A DNA stretch of 64,000 nt from Gammaproteobacteria bacterium (lineage in GTDB: Bacteria > Pseudomonadota > Gammaproteobacteria > GCA-001735895), in the NCBI GenBank assembly GCA_030595795.1, contig JAUVCH010000001.1, positions 38,678 through 102,677 on the forward strand. Reading direction: 5' to 3'. The translations under genes were made by a program, and so were the position numbers. Below, piece after piece: positions 55,285 to 64,000 of this stretch; the stretch's first letter is position 1; every line of letters begins with the position of its first letter. The notes beneath the pieces are model-generated. The model saw nothing but the letters and a program-made list of their open reading frames with translations, was not told where the DNA came from and made no database searches.

Positions 55285-55964
55285 AGCCGTTCTCCGAAAA
55301 TCGCTGTGCCTATTCTAACCAGCGTGGCGCCTTCTGCAATGGCGGCAGGCATGTCGTGCGTCATACCCATAGACAGAGTGTCGCAATCAAGGCCTTTGTG
55401 ATTCAGTCTTTCGAGCGCCTGGCGCAATTGCGAGAAGGGCTTGCGTTGCGATTCGAAGTCATCCTGTGGAGCAGGGATCGCCATTAATCCACGCAGGCGT
55501 ATGCCCGGCAGGTCGGCAATTTGTTCTGCGAGTTGATCGACTTCATCGAGTCTGATGCCTGCTTTGCTAGCTTCCTGCTCAACGTTTACCTGGATGCATA
55601 AATTTAATGGTGGCATAGATTGCGGGCGTTGATCGCTCAGGCGTTTGGCAATTTTCAAACGATCGATACAATGCACCCAGTCAAAGCTTTGCGCTAACTG
55701 CTTTGTTTTGTTGGACTGCACTGCACCGATAAAATGCCAGACGATATCGAGATCGGAGAGTTCGTCGACCTTATCCAGGGCTTCCTGCAGGTAGTTCTCG
55801 CCAAAATCTCTTTGCCCACAGGCGTAGGCATTACGAATATCTTCTGTGGGTTTTCTCTTGCTAACAGCTAATAGCGCAATATCCCCTGGCTTGCGTTTAA
55901 ATTCAAGCGCAGCCGATTCGATCTGGTGGTTTATAGCTGAAAGATTTTTTTCGATGTTCTGCAT
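55281..55964 (-). CDS. yggS: PLP homeostasis protein YggS
   Basis: LLAVSK, FGENYLQE, WHFIG, LSMGM, VRIGTAIFG. Confidence 0.95.
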   Translation of the reverse strand: MQNIEKNLSAINHQIESAALEFKRKPGDIALLAVSKRKPTEDIRNAYACGQRDFGENYLQEALDKVDELSDLDIVWHFIGAVQSNKTKQLAQSFDWVHCIDRLKIAKRLSDQRPQSMPPLNLCIQVNVEQEASKAGIRLDEVDQLAEQIADLPGIRLRGLMAIPAPQDDFESQRKPFSQLRQALERLNHKGLDCDTLSMGMTHDMPAAIAEGATLVRIGTAIFGERL

Positions 55965-56062
55965 AGGTTTTGCTATAGTCTGGCTGTCGGAATATTCGCT
56001 ATTGTTTAAAAGAACATTAAAACATGGTGATTAAATAACATAAACCAATCGCAGGACTTTTC

Positions 56063-57097
56063 ATGGATATAGCTCAATTATTAGCCTTTGGCGTTAAACA
56101 GGGTGCTTCTGATTTACATCTTTCTTCTGGTCTGCCGCCAATGATTCGTGTCGATGGCGATATTCGTCGTATCAACGTGCCGGAGATGGATCATAAACAG
56201 GTTCACGACATGATTTATGACATCATGAGTGATAAACAGCGCAAAGACTACGAAGAGTTTCTGGAAACCGACTTTTCCTTCGAAATTCCGGGGTTGGCGC
56301 GATTTCGCGTGAATGCCTTTAATCACAACCGGGGTGCCGGTGGTGTTTTCCGAACCATCCCTTCCAAGATATTATCGCTCGAAGATCTGGGTGCGCCAAA
56401 AATATTCCAGGAAATATCCGAATATCCGCGTGGTATTGTTCTGGTGACCGGGCCCACGGGTTCTGGCAAATCGACAACTCTTGCGGCCATGGTCGATTAC
56501 AAGAATGACACGGAGTATGGTCATATCCTAACCGTCGAAGACCCGATCGAGTTTGTCCACGAAAGCAAAAAATGCCTGGTCAATCAGCGCGAAGTCCATC
56601 GTGACACGCTAGGGTTTAACGAAGCATTACGTTCAGCGCTGCGGGAAGACCCCGATACCATCCTGGTTGGCGAGATGCGTGATCTGGAAACCATTCGACT
56701 GGCACTCTCGGCGGCAGAAACCGGTCACCTGGTATTTGGTACGCTACATACCAGTTCAGCCGCGAAAACCATCGATCGTATCGTCGATGTATTCCCGGCA
56801 GCTGAAAAAGATATGGTGCGCTCGATGTTATCGGAGTCGCTGAAAGCAGTTATTTCTCAAACCCTGATGAAGAAAATTGGTGGTGGGCGGGTAGCCGCAC
56901 ATGAAATCATGCTCGGTACACCGGCGATTCGTAACCTGATTCGTGAAGCTAAGATCGCACAAATGTATTCGGCGATTCAAACCGGTCAAAATGTTGGTAT
57001 GCAGACACTGGATCAAAATTTGAAAGCGTTACTGGCCCAGGGCGTAGTTTCAAAAGAAGAGGCGTTAAAGAAAGCGGCTAATCCAGATCAACTCTAA
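56063..57097 (+). CDS. pilT: Type IV pilus retraction ATPase PilT
   Basis: GPTGSGKSTT, EDPIE, ALREDPD, TLHT, AIRNLIRE. Confidence 0.95.
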   Translation: MDIAQLLAFGVKQGASDLHLSSGLPPMIRVDGDIRRINVPEMDHKQVHDMIYDIMSDKQRKDYEEFLETDFSFEIPGLARFRVNAFNHNRGAGGVFRTIPSKILSLEDLGAPKIFQEISEYPRGIVLVTGPTGSGKSTTLAAMVDYKNDTEYGHILTVEDPIEFVHESKKCLVNQREVHRDTLGFNEALRSALREDPDTILVGEMRDLETIRLALSAAETGHLVFGTLHTSSAAKTIDRIVDVFPAAEKDMVRSMLSESLKAVISQTLMKKIGGGRVAAHEIMLGTPAIRNLIREAKIAQMYSAIQTGQNVGMQTLDQNLKALLAQGVVSKEEALKKAANPDQL

Positions 57098-57130
57098 GCT
57101 AGTGTCTACTATTTTTGCGGGAGTAAATTA

Positions 57131-58300
57131 ATGGATCGTAACAAGGCGATAAGTTTCATGCACGACCTGTTGCGCATGATGGTGAGCAGGGACGGGTCGG
57201 ATTTATTTATCACATCCGGTTCCCCACCGGCGATGAAGGTCGATGGCAAAGTGACTACCGTTTCGAAGCAAAACCTGTCACCGAACCACACACAAATGCT
57301 GGCGCGTTCGATCATGAACGACAAGCAAGTTTCGGAGTTTGAGGAAAAGCAGGAATGTAATTTCTCGATTGCTCTGCCCGGTGTCGCACGATTTCGTGTG
57401 AATGCTTTCATACAACGTGGCAGCAGCGGGCTGGTATTACGGATTATTAATTCGGTAATCCCCAGCTTTGAAGAACTGAGCTTGCCGTCTATCCTACAAG
57501 ATATTGCGATGACCAAACGCGGTTTAGTTATTTTCGTCGGGGGTACTGGTTCGGGTAAATCGACTTCACTGGCGTCCATGGTCGACTATCGTAACCAAAA
57601 TAGCCATGGCCACATTATTACCATCGAGGATCCGGTCGAATTTGTGCACAATCACCGCAATTGCCTGGTAACGCAACGCGAAGTCGGCGTCGATACTGAA
57701 TCCTACGGAATAGCACTGAAGAATACGCTGCGTCAGGCACCTGATGTGATTCTAATCGGTGAGGTTCGTGACCGAGAAACCATGGAACACGCGATTGCTT
57801 TCGCCGAAACAGGCCATCTATGTTTGACGACCTTACACGCGAATAGCACCAACCAGGCGCTCGACCGGATTATCAACTTTTTCCCTGACGAGCGTCGCTC
57901 ACAATTGTTAATGGATTTATCTTTGAATTTGAAGGGTCTGATTTCGCAGCGGTTGATTCCTAAAATTGATGGTGCTGGTCGAATTCCAGCCATCGAAGTC
58001 ATGATCAATACGCCGTTAATGGCGGATATGATATTCAAGGGCGAGGTGCATGAAATGAAGGCGCTGATTGCCAAGTCGAACGAGGCAGGCATGAAAACCT
58101 TCGACCAGGCATTATTTGATCTGTTTGAAACTCGTCAGATCACATTCGAAGATGCCCTGCGCAACGCTGATTCGGTGAACGATATTCGCCTACGTATTAA
58201 ACTCGAGAGCGAGACTGCGCGAAAAACAGGCCTGGTGGAAGACCATCGCGACTTCGAGCTGGAAGAATCAGACGACGACACTAAAGGTGGGTTGATTTAG
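57131..58300 (+). CDS. pilU: Type IV pilus ATPase PilU
   Basis: GGTGSGKSTS, LKNTLRQAPDVILIGE, TLHANSTNQALDRIINFFP. Confidence 0.9.
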   Translation: MDRNKAISFMHDLLRMMVSRDGSDLFITSGSPPAMKVDGKVTTVSKQNLSPNHTQMLARSIMNDKQVSEFEEKQECNFSIALPGVARFRVNAFIQRGSSGLVLRIINSVIPSFEELSLPSILQDIAMTKRGLVIFVGGTGSGKSTSLASMVDYRNQNSHGHIITIEDPVEFVHNHRNCLVTQREVGVDTESYGIALKNTLRQAPDVILIGEVRDRETMEHAIAFAETGHLCLTTLHANSTNQALDRIINFFPDERRSQLLMDLSLNLKGLISQRLIPKIDGAGRIPAIEVMINTPLMADMIFKGEVHEMKALIAKSNEAGMKTFDQALFDLFETRQITFEDALRNADSVNDIRLRIKLESETARKTGLVEDHRDFELEESDDDTKGGLI

Positions 58301-58302
58301 TT

Positions 58303-59472
58303 ATGAGCCGCGAACCAACAACACAAATGTTAGAGCCTTACTTAAAAATCATGGTGGATAAACAGGGCTCTGATCTGTATTTCATCTCTGGTGCGCCACC
58401 GAATATGAAGGTACAGGGAAAGACCAATGCTATCGCCAAAAATGCTTTCCAGAACGGTCAGGTGGAGAAACTCGCCTATAGCCTGTTAAACGACGAACAG
58501 GTGCGCGACTTTGAAATCACCCGTGAACTAAATCTAGGTTTTACATTGGCGGATGTTGGCCGATTCCGAGTTAATATATTTATTCAACGCTCCGAAGTGT
58601 CGATGGTCATACGATACATCAAATGGGATATCCCAACCATCGACGAACTGGGGCTGCCCCAGATATTGAAGAAGATCGTGATGAATAATACCGGTCTGGT
58701 ACTGGTAGTTGGTTCAACCGGTTCGGGTAAATCGACTACGCTGGCTTCGATGATTAATCATCGCAACCACGCGGAAGGCGGGCATATCCTCACCATCGAG
58801 GATCCGATTGAATTCGTATTTAGACATAATAAATCAATCGTTTCCCAACGCGAAGTTGGAATCGATACCTTGAGCTATCAAAACGCCTTGCGCGAGGCAC
58901 TACGCGAAGCACCCGAAGTGATCATGATAGGGGAAGCGCGTGATGCTGAAACTATGAAAGCGGCCATTGATTTCGCCGATACCGGTCATTTATGCCTGAC
59001 GACTTTGCACGCAGTTAATTCCAACCAGGCCATGGATCGAATTATGAACATGTTTCCGTCGGACATGCGTGAACAGTTGTTGATGGATTTATCGCTTAAT
59101 TTGCGCGCAGTAGTTTCGCAGCGTCTGGTGCCTGGTATGCATGGCAAGCTCGCCTGTGCTGTCGAAGTAATGATGAATACGCCTTATATCTCCGAGTTAC
59201 TTCGCGATGGTAATTTCAACGAGATTAAGGAAATTATGGAAAAAGGTGATACTACCGGCATGCAGACCTTCGATCAGTCGCTTTATAACCTGTACAAGGC
59301 CGATATTATTACCATTAAAAGTGCCCTCGCTTATGCGGATTCGAGTACCAATCTGGAATGGAAGATTAATTTTGGTGGTGAGCAGCACCAACAATCATCT
59401 GATGAAAAACGGCATAACCTGAACGCGCAAGGTGGGCTCGAGGAATTGACCCTGCCATCGGAAGAAATGTAG
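58303..59472 (+). CDS. Second PilU-like ATPase
   Basis: GSTGSGKSTT, EDPIE, LREAPEVIMIGE, TLHAVNSNQAMDRI, GMQTFDQ. Confidence 0.85.
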   Translation: MSREPTTQMLEPYLKIMVDKQGSDLYFISGAPPNMKVQGKTNAIAKNAFQNGQVEKLAYSLLNDEQVRDFEITRELNLGFTLADVGRFRVNIFIQRSEVSMVIRYIKWDIPTIDELGLPQILKKIVMNNTGLVLVVGSTGSGKSTTLASMINHRNHAEGGHILTIEDPIEFVFRHNKSIVSQREVGIDTLSYQNALREALREAPEVIMIGEARDAETMKAAIDFADTGHLCLTTLHAVNSNQAMDRIMNMFPSDMREQLLMDLSLNLRAVVSQRLVPGMHGKLACAVEVMMNTPYISELLRDGNFNEIKEIMEKGDTTGMQTFDQSLYNLYKADIITIKSALAYADSSTNLEWKINFGGEQHQQSSDEKRHNLNAQGGLEELTLPSEEM

Positions 59473-59491
59473 ATTTAATTGATCGTTGCTG

Positions 59492-60769
59492 TTAACGCTG
59501 GTAGGCGATTTTACCCGCTACGATAGTGGTTAAAACCTTGCCATTAAAGTCCCAGCCTTCGAATGCAGTATTTTTCCCCTGAGATATAAAGTCTTTACTT
59601 CGGCAGATCTGGTGTGCATCTGGATCGACAATAATGATATCGGCTAGCTCGCCCGTCTCTAATTTCCCAGCCGGTAAACCGAGAATTTGGGCAGGGTTTA
59701 CGGTTAAGCAAGCAATTATCTCAGGTAATGTGAGTAACTTTTCTTCAACCAGTCGTAATGCGAGTGATAAAAAGGTATCGAAAGCACTAATACCCGGTTC
59801 GGCCGATGGAAATGGTCGTAATTTGGCATCGGTTTCGTGGGGTTGATGGTCTGAACACAGGCAGTCGATCGTGCCGTCGGCTATACCCTCGCGCAGTGCC
59901 TCTTTATCGGTTTGACTGCGTAGTGGTGGCAGCGTGAGTTTGCTGGTATCGAAGCTGCCAATATCATGGTCGGTCAAAAATAATTGATGCATAGCGCAGT
60001 CAGTGCTAATCGGTAAGCCCTTGGCTTTTGCGCGTCGAATCATATCGACCGAGCGGGCGCATGATAACTGGCCGAAGTGTGTCCGCGCGCCGGTTTGAGC
60101 GACCAGCTCGATGTCTTTAGCGAGCGCTGCAGTCTCGGCGGCTTCTGGGATTGCAGGTAGTCCGAGCCGAGTAGCAATCGCACCCTCATGGGCGCAGCCG
60201 TTGCCCTGTAAATCGACATCGATCGGTTGAATAATAACCAGCATGTTCTCGCCCGCAGCGTAATCCATTGCCCGGCGTTGAACCAGATTATTGAGCAAAG
60301 GACGTGTCGCGTTACTGAAGGCTACGCAACCGTTAGCCTTCAGGCTCGCCATGTTACTGAGTTGATCGCCGCCGAGATCACGGGTTAATGCGCCAATGGG
60401 ATAGACCCGCGCGCTATGTCCGAAGGTGGCGTTGCGGTGGTGAATAAGTTCGACGGTTGCCGAATTATCGATGACCGGTTGAGTGTCGGGGGGCAGGCAC
60501 ATGCTGGTAATACCATTTTGAATCGCAGCAGAAGTTTCACTGGCGATATTGCCTTTTTCGGGTTGTCCAGGATCGCGCAACCGCGCCTGAATATCTACCA
60601 GCCCGGGCATGACCCAGCAGCCCCTGGCATCGATAGTTCGATCGGCAGTAAAATCTTTTGGGGCTTTGCCGATAGCAGTTACGCGATCATTCTCGATGAA
60701 CACATCGGCCACAGTCGTGGTCTTAGCGACAGGGTCCACCAGCAGGCCGTCGCGGATATGCAGGTTCAT
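59492..60769 (-). CDS. Dihydroorotase-like protein, probably the inactive PyrC' structural partner of ATCase
   Basis: [10 protein letters not shown] in place of the DxHxH metal motif; PPLRS, SDHQPH; 4-bp overlap with pyrB. Confidence 0.8.
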   Translation of the reverse strand: MNLHIRDGLLVDPVAKTTTVADVFIENDRVTAIGKAPKDFTADRTIDARGCWVMPGLVDIQARLRDPGQPEKGNIASETSAAIQNGITSMCLPPDTQPVIDNSATVELIHHRNATFGHSARVYPIGALTRDLGGDQLSNMASLKANGCVAFSNATRPLLNNLVQRRAMDYAAGENMLVIIQPIDVDLQGNGCAHEGAIATRLGLPAIPEAAETAALAKDIELVAQTGARTHFGQLSCARSVDMIRRAKAKGLPISTDCAMHQLFLTDHDIGSFDTSKLTLPPLRSQTDKEALREGIADGTIDCLCSDHQPHETDAKLRPFPSAEPGISAFDTFLSLALRLVEEKLLTLPEIIACLTVNPAQILGLPAGKLETGELADIIIVDPDAHQICRSKDFISQGKNTAFEGWDFNGKVLTTIVAGKIAYQR

Positions 60770-61743
60770 GATTCATCTCCACGCAGACCCGATTGTCCAA
60801 CGATCATCGACATGATAGCCATGCGTACCGAGATGCCAAAACTGACCTGGTTTAATATCACCGACTGACTACCATCCATCACACTCGACTCGATCTCCAC
60901 GCCTCGGTTAGCGGGGCCCGGGTGCATGACAATAGCATCAGGCTTTGCGCATTTCAGTCGCTCCTGCGACAGGCCGTAAAGGCGGAAGTATTCCTTTTCG
61001 CTGGGTAGCAGTGCGCCGCGCATACGCTCTTTTTGTAGGCGCAGCATGATGATCACGTCGACATCCTTTAAGCCATCCTCCAGATTGTTATAAATGCTGA
61101 CTCCAAGCGCCTCGGTTTCGACCGGTAACAGGGTTCGAGGTGCGATGACGCGCACTTCGGCAGTGTTGAGCAAATTCAGCGCGTGTATTTGGGAGCGTGC
61201 CACTCTGGAATGCAGAATATCACCGACTATGGCGACTCGCAGTTGGCTAAAATCTTTTTTAAAATGTCGAATGGTAAACATGTCGAGCATTGCCTGGGTT
61301 GGGTGCTCATGCTGACCATCGCCAGCATTGAGCACACTGACGCCGGGGCTTACATGTTGCGCAAAAAAATGCGCGCTGCCGCTATCCTGATGTCGGATGA
61401 CGAACATGTCGATTTGCATCGCTTCGAGATTTCGCAGGGTGTCGAGTAGTGACTCGCCTTTGGTTGTCGCCGAAGTGTTAACGTTGAGGTTAAGAATATC
61501 GGCCGACAGGCGTTGCGCCGCGAGTTCGAAAGTCGAACGCGTACGGGTGCTGGGCTCGAAAAATAGATTAGCAACGGTTTTACCGCGTAGTATCGGCACC
61601 TTCTTGACATTACGTTCGGTGATCGAGGTGAAAGATTCTGCGGTATCGAGTATCTCAGTGAGAATCGGTTGGTTAAGCCCTTCGATGCTCAGAAAGTGCA
61701 GTAGCTTGCCATTCCCATCGAGTTGAAGGTTTTTATCCGGCAT
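60766..61743 (-). CDS. pyrB: Aspartate carbamoyltransferase catalytic subunit
   Basis: [28 protein letters not shown]. Confidence 0.95.
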   Translation of the reverse strand: MPDKNLQLDGNGKLLHFLSIEGLNQPILTEILDTAESFTSITERNVKKVPILRGKTVANLFFEPSTRTRSTFELAAQRLSADILNLNVNTSATTKGESLLDTLRNLEAMQIDMFVIRHQDSGSAHFFAQHVSPGVSVLNAGDGQHEHPTQAMLDMFTIRHFKKDFSQLRVAIVGDILHSRVARSQIHALNLLNTAEVRVIAPRTLLPVETEALGVSIYNNLEDGLKDVDVIIMLRLQKERMRGALLPSEKEYFRLYGLSQERLKCAKPDAIVMHPGPANRGVEIESSVMDGSQSVILNQVSFGISVRMAIMSMIVGQSGLRGDES

Positions 61744-62254
61744 GTTCGCCTACGGATTTCAGGGTTAAGCGAAGTGGGTCGGGGCCCTGGAGTTTTATGT
61801 GTTCACCAGATTTCAGTGCAATAGTCTCGCCGACGATATCGGCCTGGATTGGAATTTCGCGCCCGCCACGATCAATGAGTATTGCCAGCACGATGCGTTT
61901 AGGGCGACCGTAGTCGAAAATTTCATTCATCGCGGCACGGATAGTTCGACCAGAATGCAGTACGTCGTCGATTAGAATGATGGTTTTATCATCTATATTA
62001 GAGGACAGGCTGGACGGACTTACCGTTGGGTGTAATCCTTTCTTGGTAAAGTCATCGCGGTAAAAGGATATATTTAAACGCCCCAGATCGGTGCTGGGAT
62101 TGATCGCTCGGTGAATCGCCTCTGCTACCCAGTAGCCACCGGTTTCAATGCCGACGATAATGGGCTGTTCTAAAGTTGATTGATCGCTGGGGAAATAGGA
62201 TTTGAGTGCCTCGGTGAGCTTATCGATTAATAGTTCGACGGAAGGTAAGGACAC
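61733..62254 (-). CDS. pyrR: PyrR / uracil phosphoribosyltransferase-like
   Basis: [34 protein letters not shown]. Confidence 0.9.
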   Translation of the reverse strand: MSLPSVELLIDKLTEALKSYFPSDQSTLEQPIIVGIETGGYWVAEAIHRAINPSTDLGRLNISFYRDDFTKKGLHPTVSPSSLSSNIDDKTIILIDDVLHSGRTIRAAMNEIFDYGRPKRIVLAILIDRGGREIPIQADIVGETIALKSGEHIKLQGPDPLRLTLKSVGEHAG

Positions 62255-62326
62255 AAATATTCCACTGGTTACACTGGGGACGCTTTATATCATAAATTAA
62301 AACGCCATACGATATTTTGGCCTATT

Positions 62327-62764
62327 TTATTTTTTTGGTTTCTCAGCGTAGCTGCGTAACCACGACTCGGTAATTAAAACGGCGGCGATACTGTCGATTT
62401 CGGATTTGCTTTTGTATTGTTCGCTGTCCTGGGCGACGAGGTAAGCCTCGCGAGTGGTCAGTCGCTCGTCCACCAGGTCGGTATCGATATGGAATCGGCC
62501 ATGGAGTTGTCGGCTGAATTTTTTGGCGACTTCGGTCATTTCGTCTGGCTCGCCGTCGAGCATAGTAGGCAGACCGACGATGAGTCTTTGTGGCTGCCAC
62601 TCTTTTATCAGGTGTTCGATCAACTGCCAGTTGGGTTTCTGCTTTATCGATTTGATGGCTTGCAGCGGGGTAGCCTGGGCAGTCAGAGTCTGGCCGACAG
62701 CGATACCGGTCCAACTGGTGCCGAGATCGAAACCCAGGACGGTTTTGACTTCGTTGTCAGGCAT
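62327..62764 (-). CDS. yqgF: YqgF/RuvX pre-16S rRNA nuclease
   Basis: LGFDLG, GIAVG, VGLP, DERLTT, IDSIAA. Confidence 0.9.
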   Translation of the reverse strand: MPDNEVKTVLGFDLGTSWTGIAVGQTLTAQATPLQAIKSIKQKPNWQLIEHLIKEWQPQRLIVGLPTMLDGEPDEMTEVAKKFSRQLHGRFHIDTDLVDERLTTREAYLVAQDSEQYKSKSEIDSIAAVLITESWLRSYAEKPKK

Positions 62765-63323
62765 TACCACTGACGGGCGACAAATTATTGATGTCGAATC
62801 CTAGCGAATCGAAAGCAATTTGCCATTTGTCATCGGCGTTGTCGTGAAATAGTAAATCGACGCCAGCCGATGAGGTCAGCCAGGAATTTTCCTGTAACTC
62901 GGATTCGAGTTGACCCGATTCCCAGCCAGAAAAACCAAGGATTACCATGTACTCATCAGGGCCTTTGTGTTCCGCGATGGCTTCCAGAATATCCTTCGAA
63001 CTGGTGACGTAAATACCTGCTGAAACTTCGGTGCTTTTTTGCCAGTCGCCGGTGTTGGTATGGAGTACAAAACCCTGTTCGAGCTGTACCGGACCGCCAA
63101 GGTAAACGGGTTGCTTACGAATTCCTTCGTCTTCGCATTCGATGTTGAGCTGTACAAAGATTTCTTCCAGGTTCTGGTTGGTCGGGTGGTTGACGACCAG
63201 GCCCATACTGCCCGATTCATTATGCTCACACATATACACCAGGCTCGAAGCAAATAGAGGATCCTTGATCGCCGGGGTTGCGATAAGACATTTGTTGACC
63301 AGGCCAGCGTTTTCTTCAAGCAT
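62757..63323 (-). CDS. yqgE: YqgE/AlgH family protein
   Basis: DPLF, GSMGLVVN, GGPV, GFVLH, GWESGQLESEL. Confidence 0.9.
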   Translation of the reverse strand: MLEENAGLVNKCLIATPAIKDPLFASSLVYMCEHNESGSMGLVVNHPTNQNLEEIFVQLNIECEDEGIRKQPVYLGGPVQLEQGFVLHTNTGDWQKSTEVSAGIYVTSSKDILEAIAEHKGPDEYMVILGFSGWESGQLESELQENSWLTSSAGVDLLFHDNADDKWQIAFDSLGFDINNLSPVSGNA

Positions 63324-63325
63324 GA

Positions 63326-64000
63326 TTAACTCACTCCATTGTCGGTTCTGAAACGGTTACTGTTGAAGTCCCAGGTTCTAATTATAACCACCTGATCTGC
63401 CTGTTCACGCATTTCCAGCGGAAATTCCGGAAAAGGTTGGGCTAGCCGCAATATTCGTTTGGCGGCTTCATCGAGCAGACTACTACCCGATGACTGGGTA
63501 ATATCTACTGCGAGAATTTCTCCAGCTGCATTGAGTCGAACGCTCATACGTAATTGACCATCGATTTTTTTAATTCGAGCTTCTGCGGGGTAGTTGAGGT
63601 TTCCGACACTTTCAATTCTTTGTACCCACGCCGCGAGATAACCCGCCTCGATCGCTTTTTTAGTGCTGGCAGTAAGCACGACGACTTTGGGCCGTTTTGC
63701 ATAGTCGATGGTCATTTTTCGGATTTCTGCCTGCAATCGTGCAATAGCGCTTTGCTGCTGATCGACCTGATCGGACTGATTTGATTCGGATTGTTGCAAT
63801 TTTTCCTGTTGTTGCTGATTAATACTATTCGGTGAATCTAGCTGACTGATGTAATACAGTTGGTTGATTGCCAATTGACTCTTTTGTAATTCGGCACGGG
63901 CCTGATCAGCAAGGCCGCGTTGGTCTAGCGGTGTATTCGCCGATATGGGAGCGCTTGGCCGAGCCTTTTCATCCGCTTTACCACCACCCGCCTGATCTAC
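63326..64000 (-). CDS. TonB-family energy transducer (C-terminal part; 5' end outside the window)
   Basis: Frame is open to base 64000 (VDQAGGGKADEKARP...); IESVGNLNYP, SSGSSLLDEAA, PFPEFP, IRTWDF; lies upstream of yqgE. Confidence 0.8.
   Translation of the reverse strand, partial: VDQAGGGKADEKARPSAPISANTPLDQRGLADQARAELQKSQLAINQLYYISQLDSPNSINQQQQEKLQQSESNQSDQVDQQQSAIARLQAEIRKMTIDYAKRPKVVVLTASTKKAIEAGYLAAWVQRIESVGNLNYPAEARIKKIDGQLRMSVRLNAAGEILAVDITQSSGSSLLDEAAKRILRLAQPFPEFPLEMREQADQVVIIRTWDFNSNRFRTDNGVS

Noticed and set aside
63720-63850. Gln-rich low-complexity stretch in the last ORF
   Set aside because: Falls in the expected flexible periplasmic linker of a TonB-family protein.

Overview
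Bacterial chromosomal DNA, most likely from a gammaproteobacterium: the yggT-proC-yggS / pilT-pilU / pyrC'-pyrB-pyrR-yqgF-algH-tonB gene order resembles that of Pseudomonas and relatives. The left half (1-32.5 kb) is a large amine, polyamine and guanidino-compound catabolism region. It encodes an AruI-like ThDP decarboxylase, a HisC-type and two class III aminotransferases, two pentein (DDAH-like) hydrolases, two PuuA-like glutamylases, a PuuB-like oxidase, PotFGHI, agmatinase, a Rieske oxygenase, two tandem TMADH/histamine-dehydrogenase-family enzymes, and GntR and BetI-type regulators, with glnK-amtB inside it. A palindrome TGTGATCACA (or a 1-mismatch variant) recurs in all four of the intergenic promoter regions where I found it and overlaps the predicted -10 box in three. 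The most notable element is a two-gene cassette at 15178-16805: a small Gly/Ser-rich peptide whose Tat-like leader contains a lasso-type YxxPxL motif, then a strong hairpin, then an HPr-kinase-like enzyme fused to a PqqD/RRE domain. This is a candidate minimal RiPP-like system making an exported, multiply phosphorylated peptide. The right half is mostly housekeeping, plus a tight operon of glycosyltransferase, nucleosidase-like protein, SplB-like radical SAM and SDR, a kinase-HDOD-GAF protein, an FKBP-rhodanese fusion and three PilT/PilU ATPases. I saw no rRNA, tRNA, CRISPR array or transposase. All calls come from motif recognition by eye; no database searches were run.
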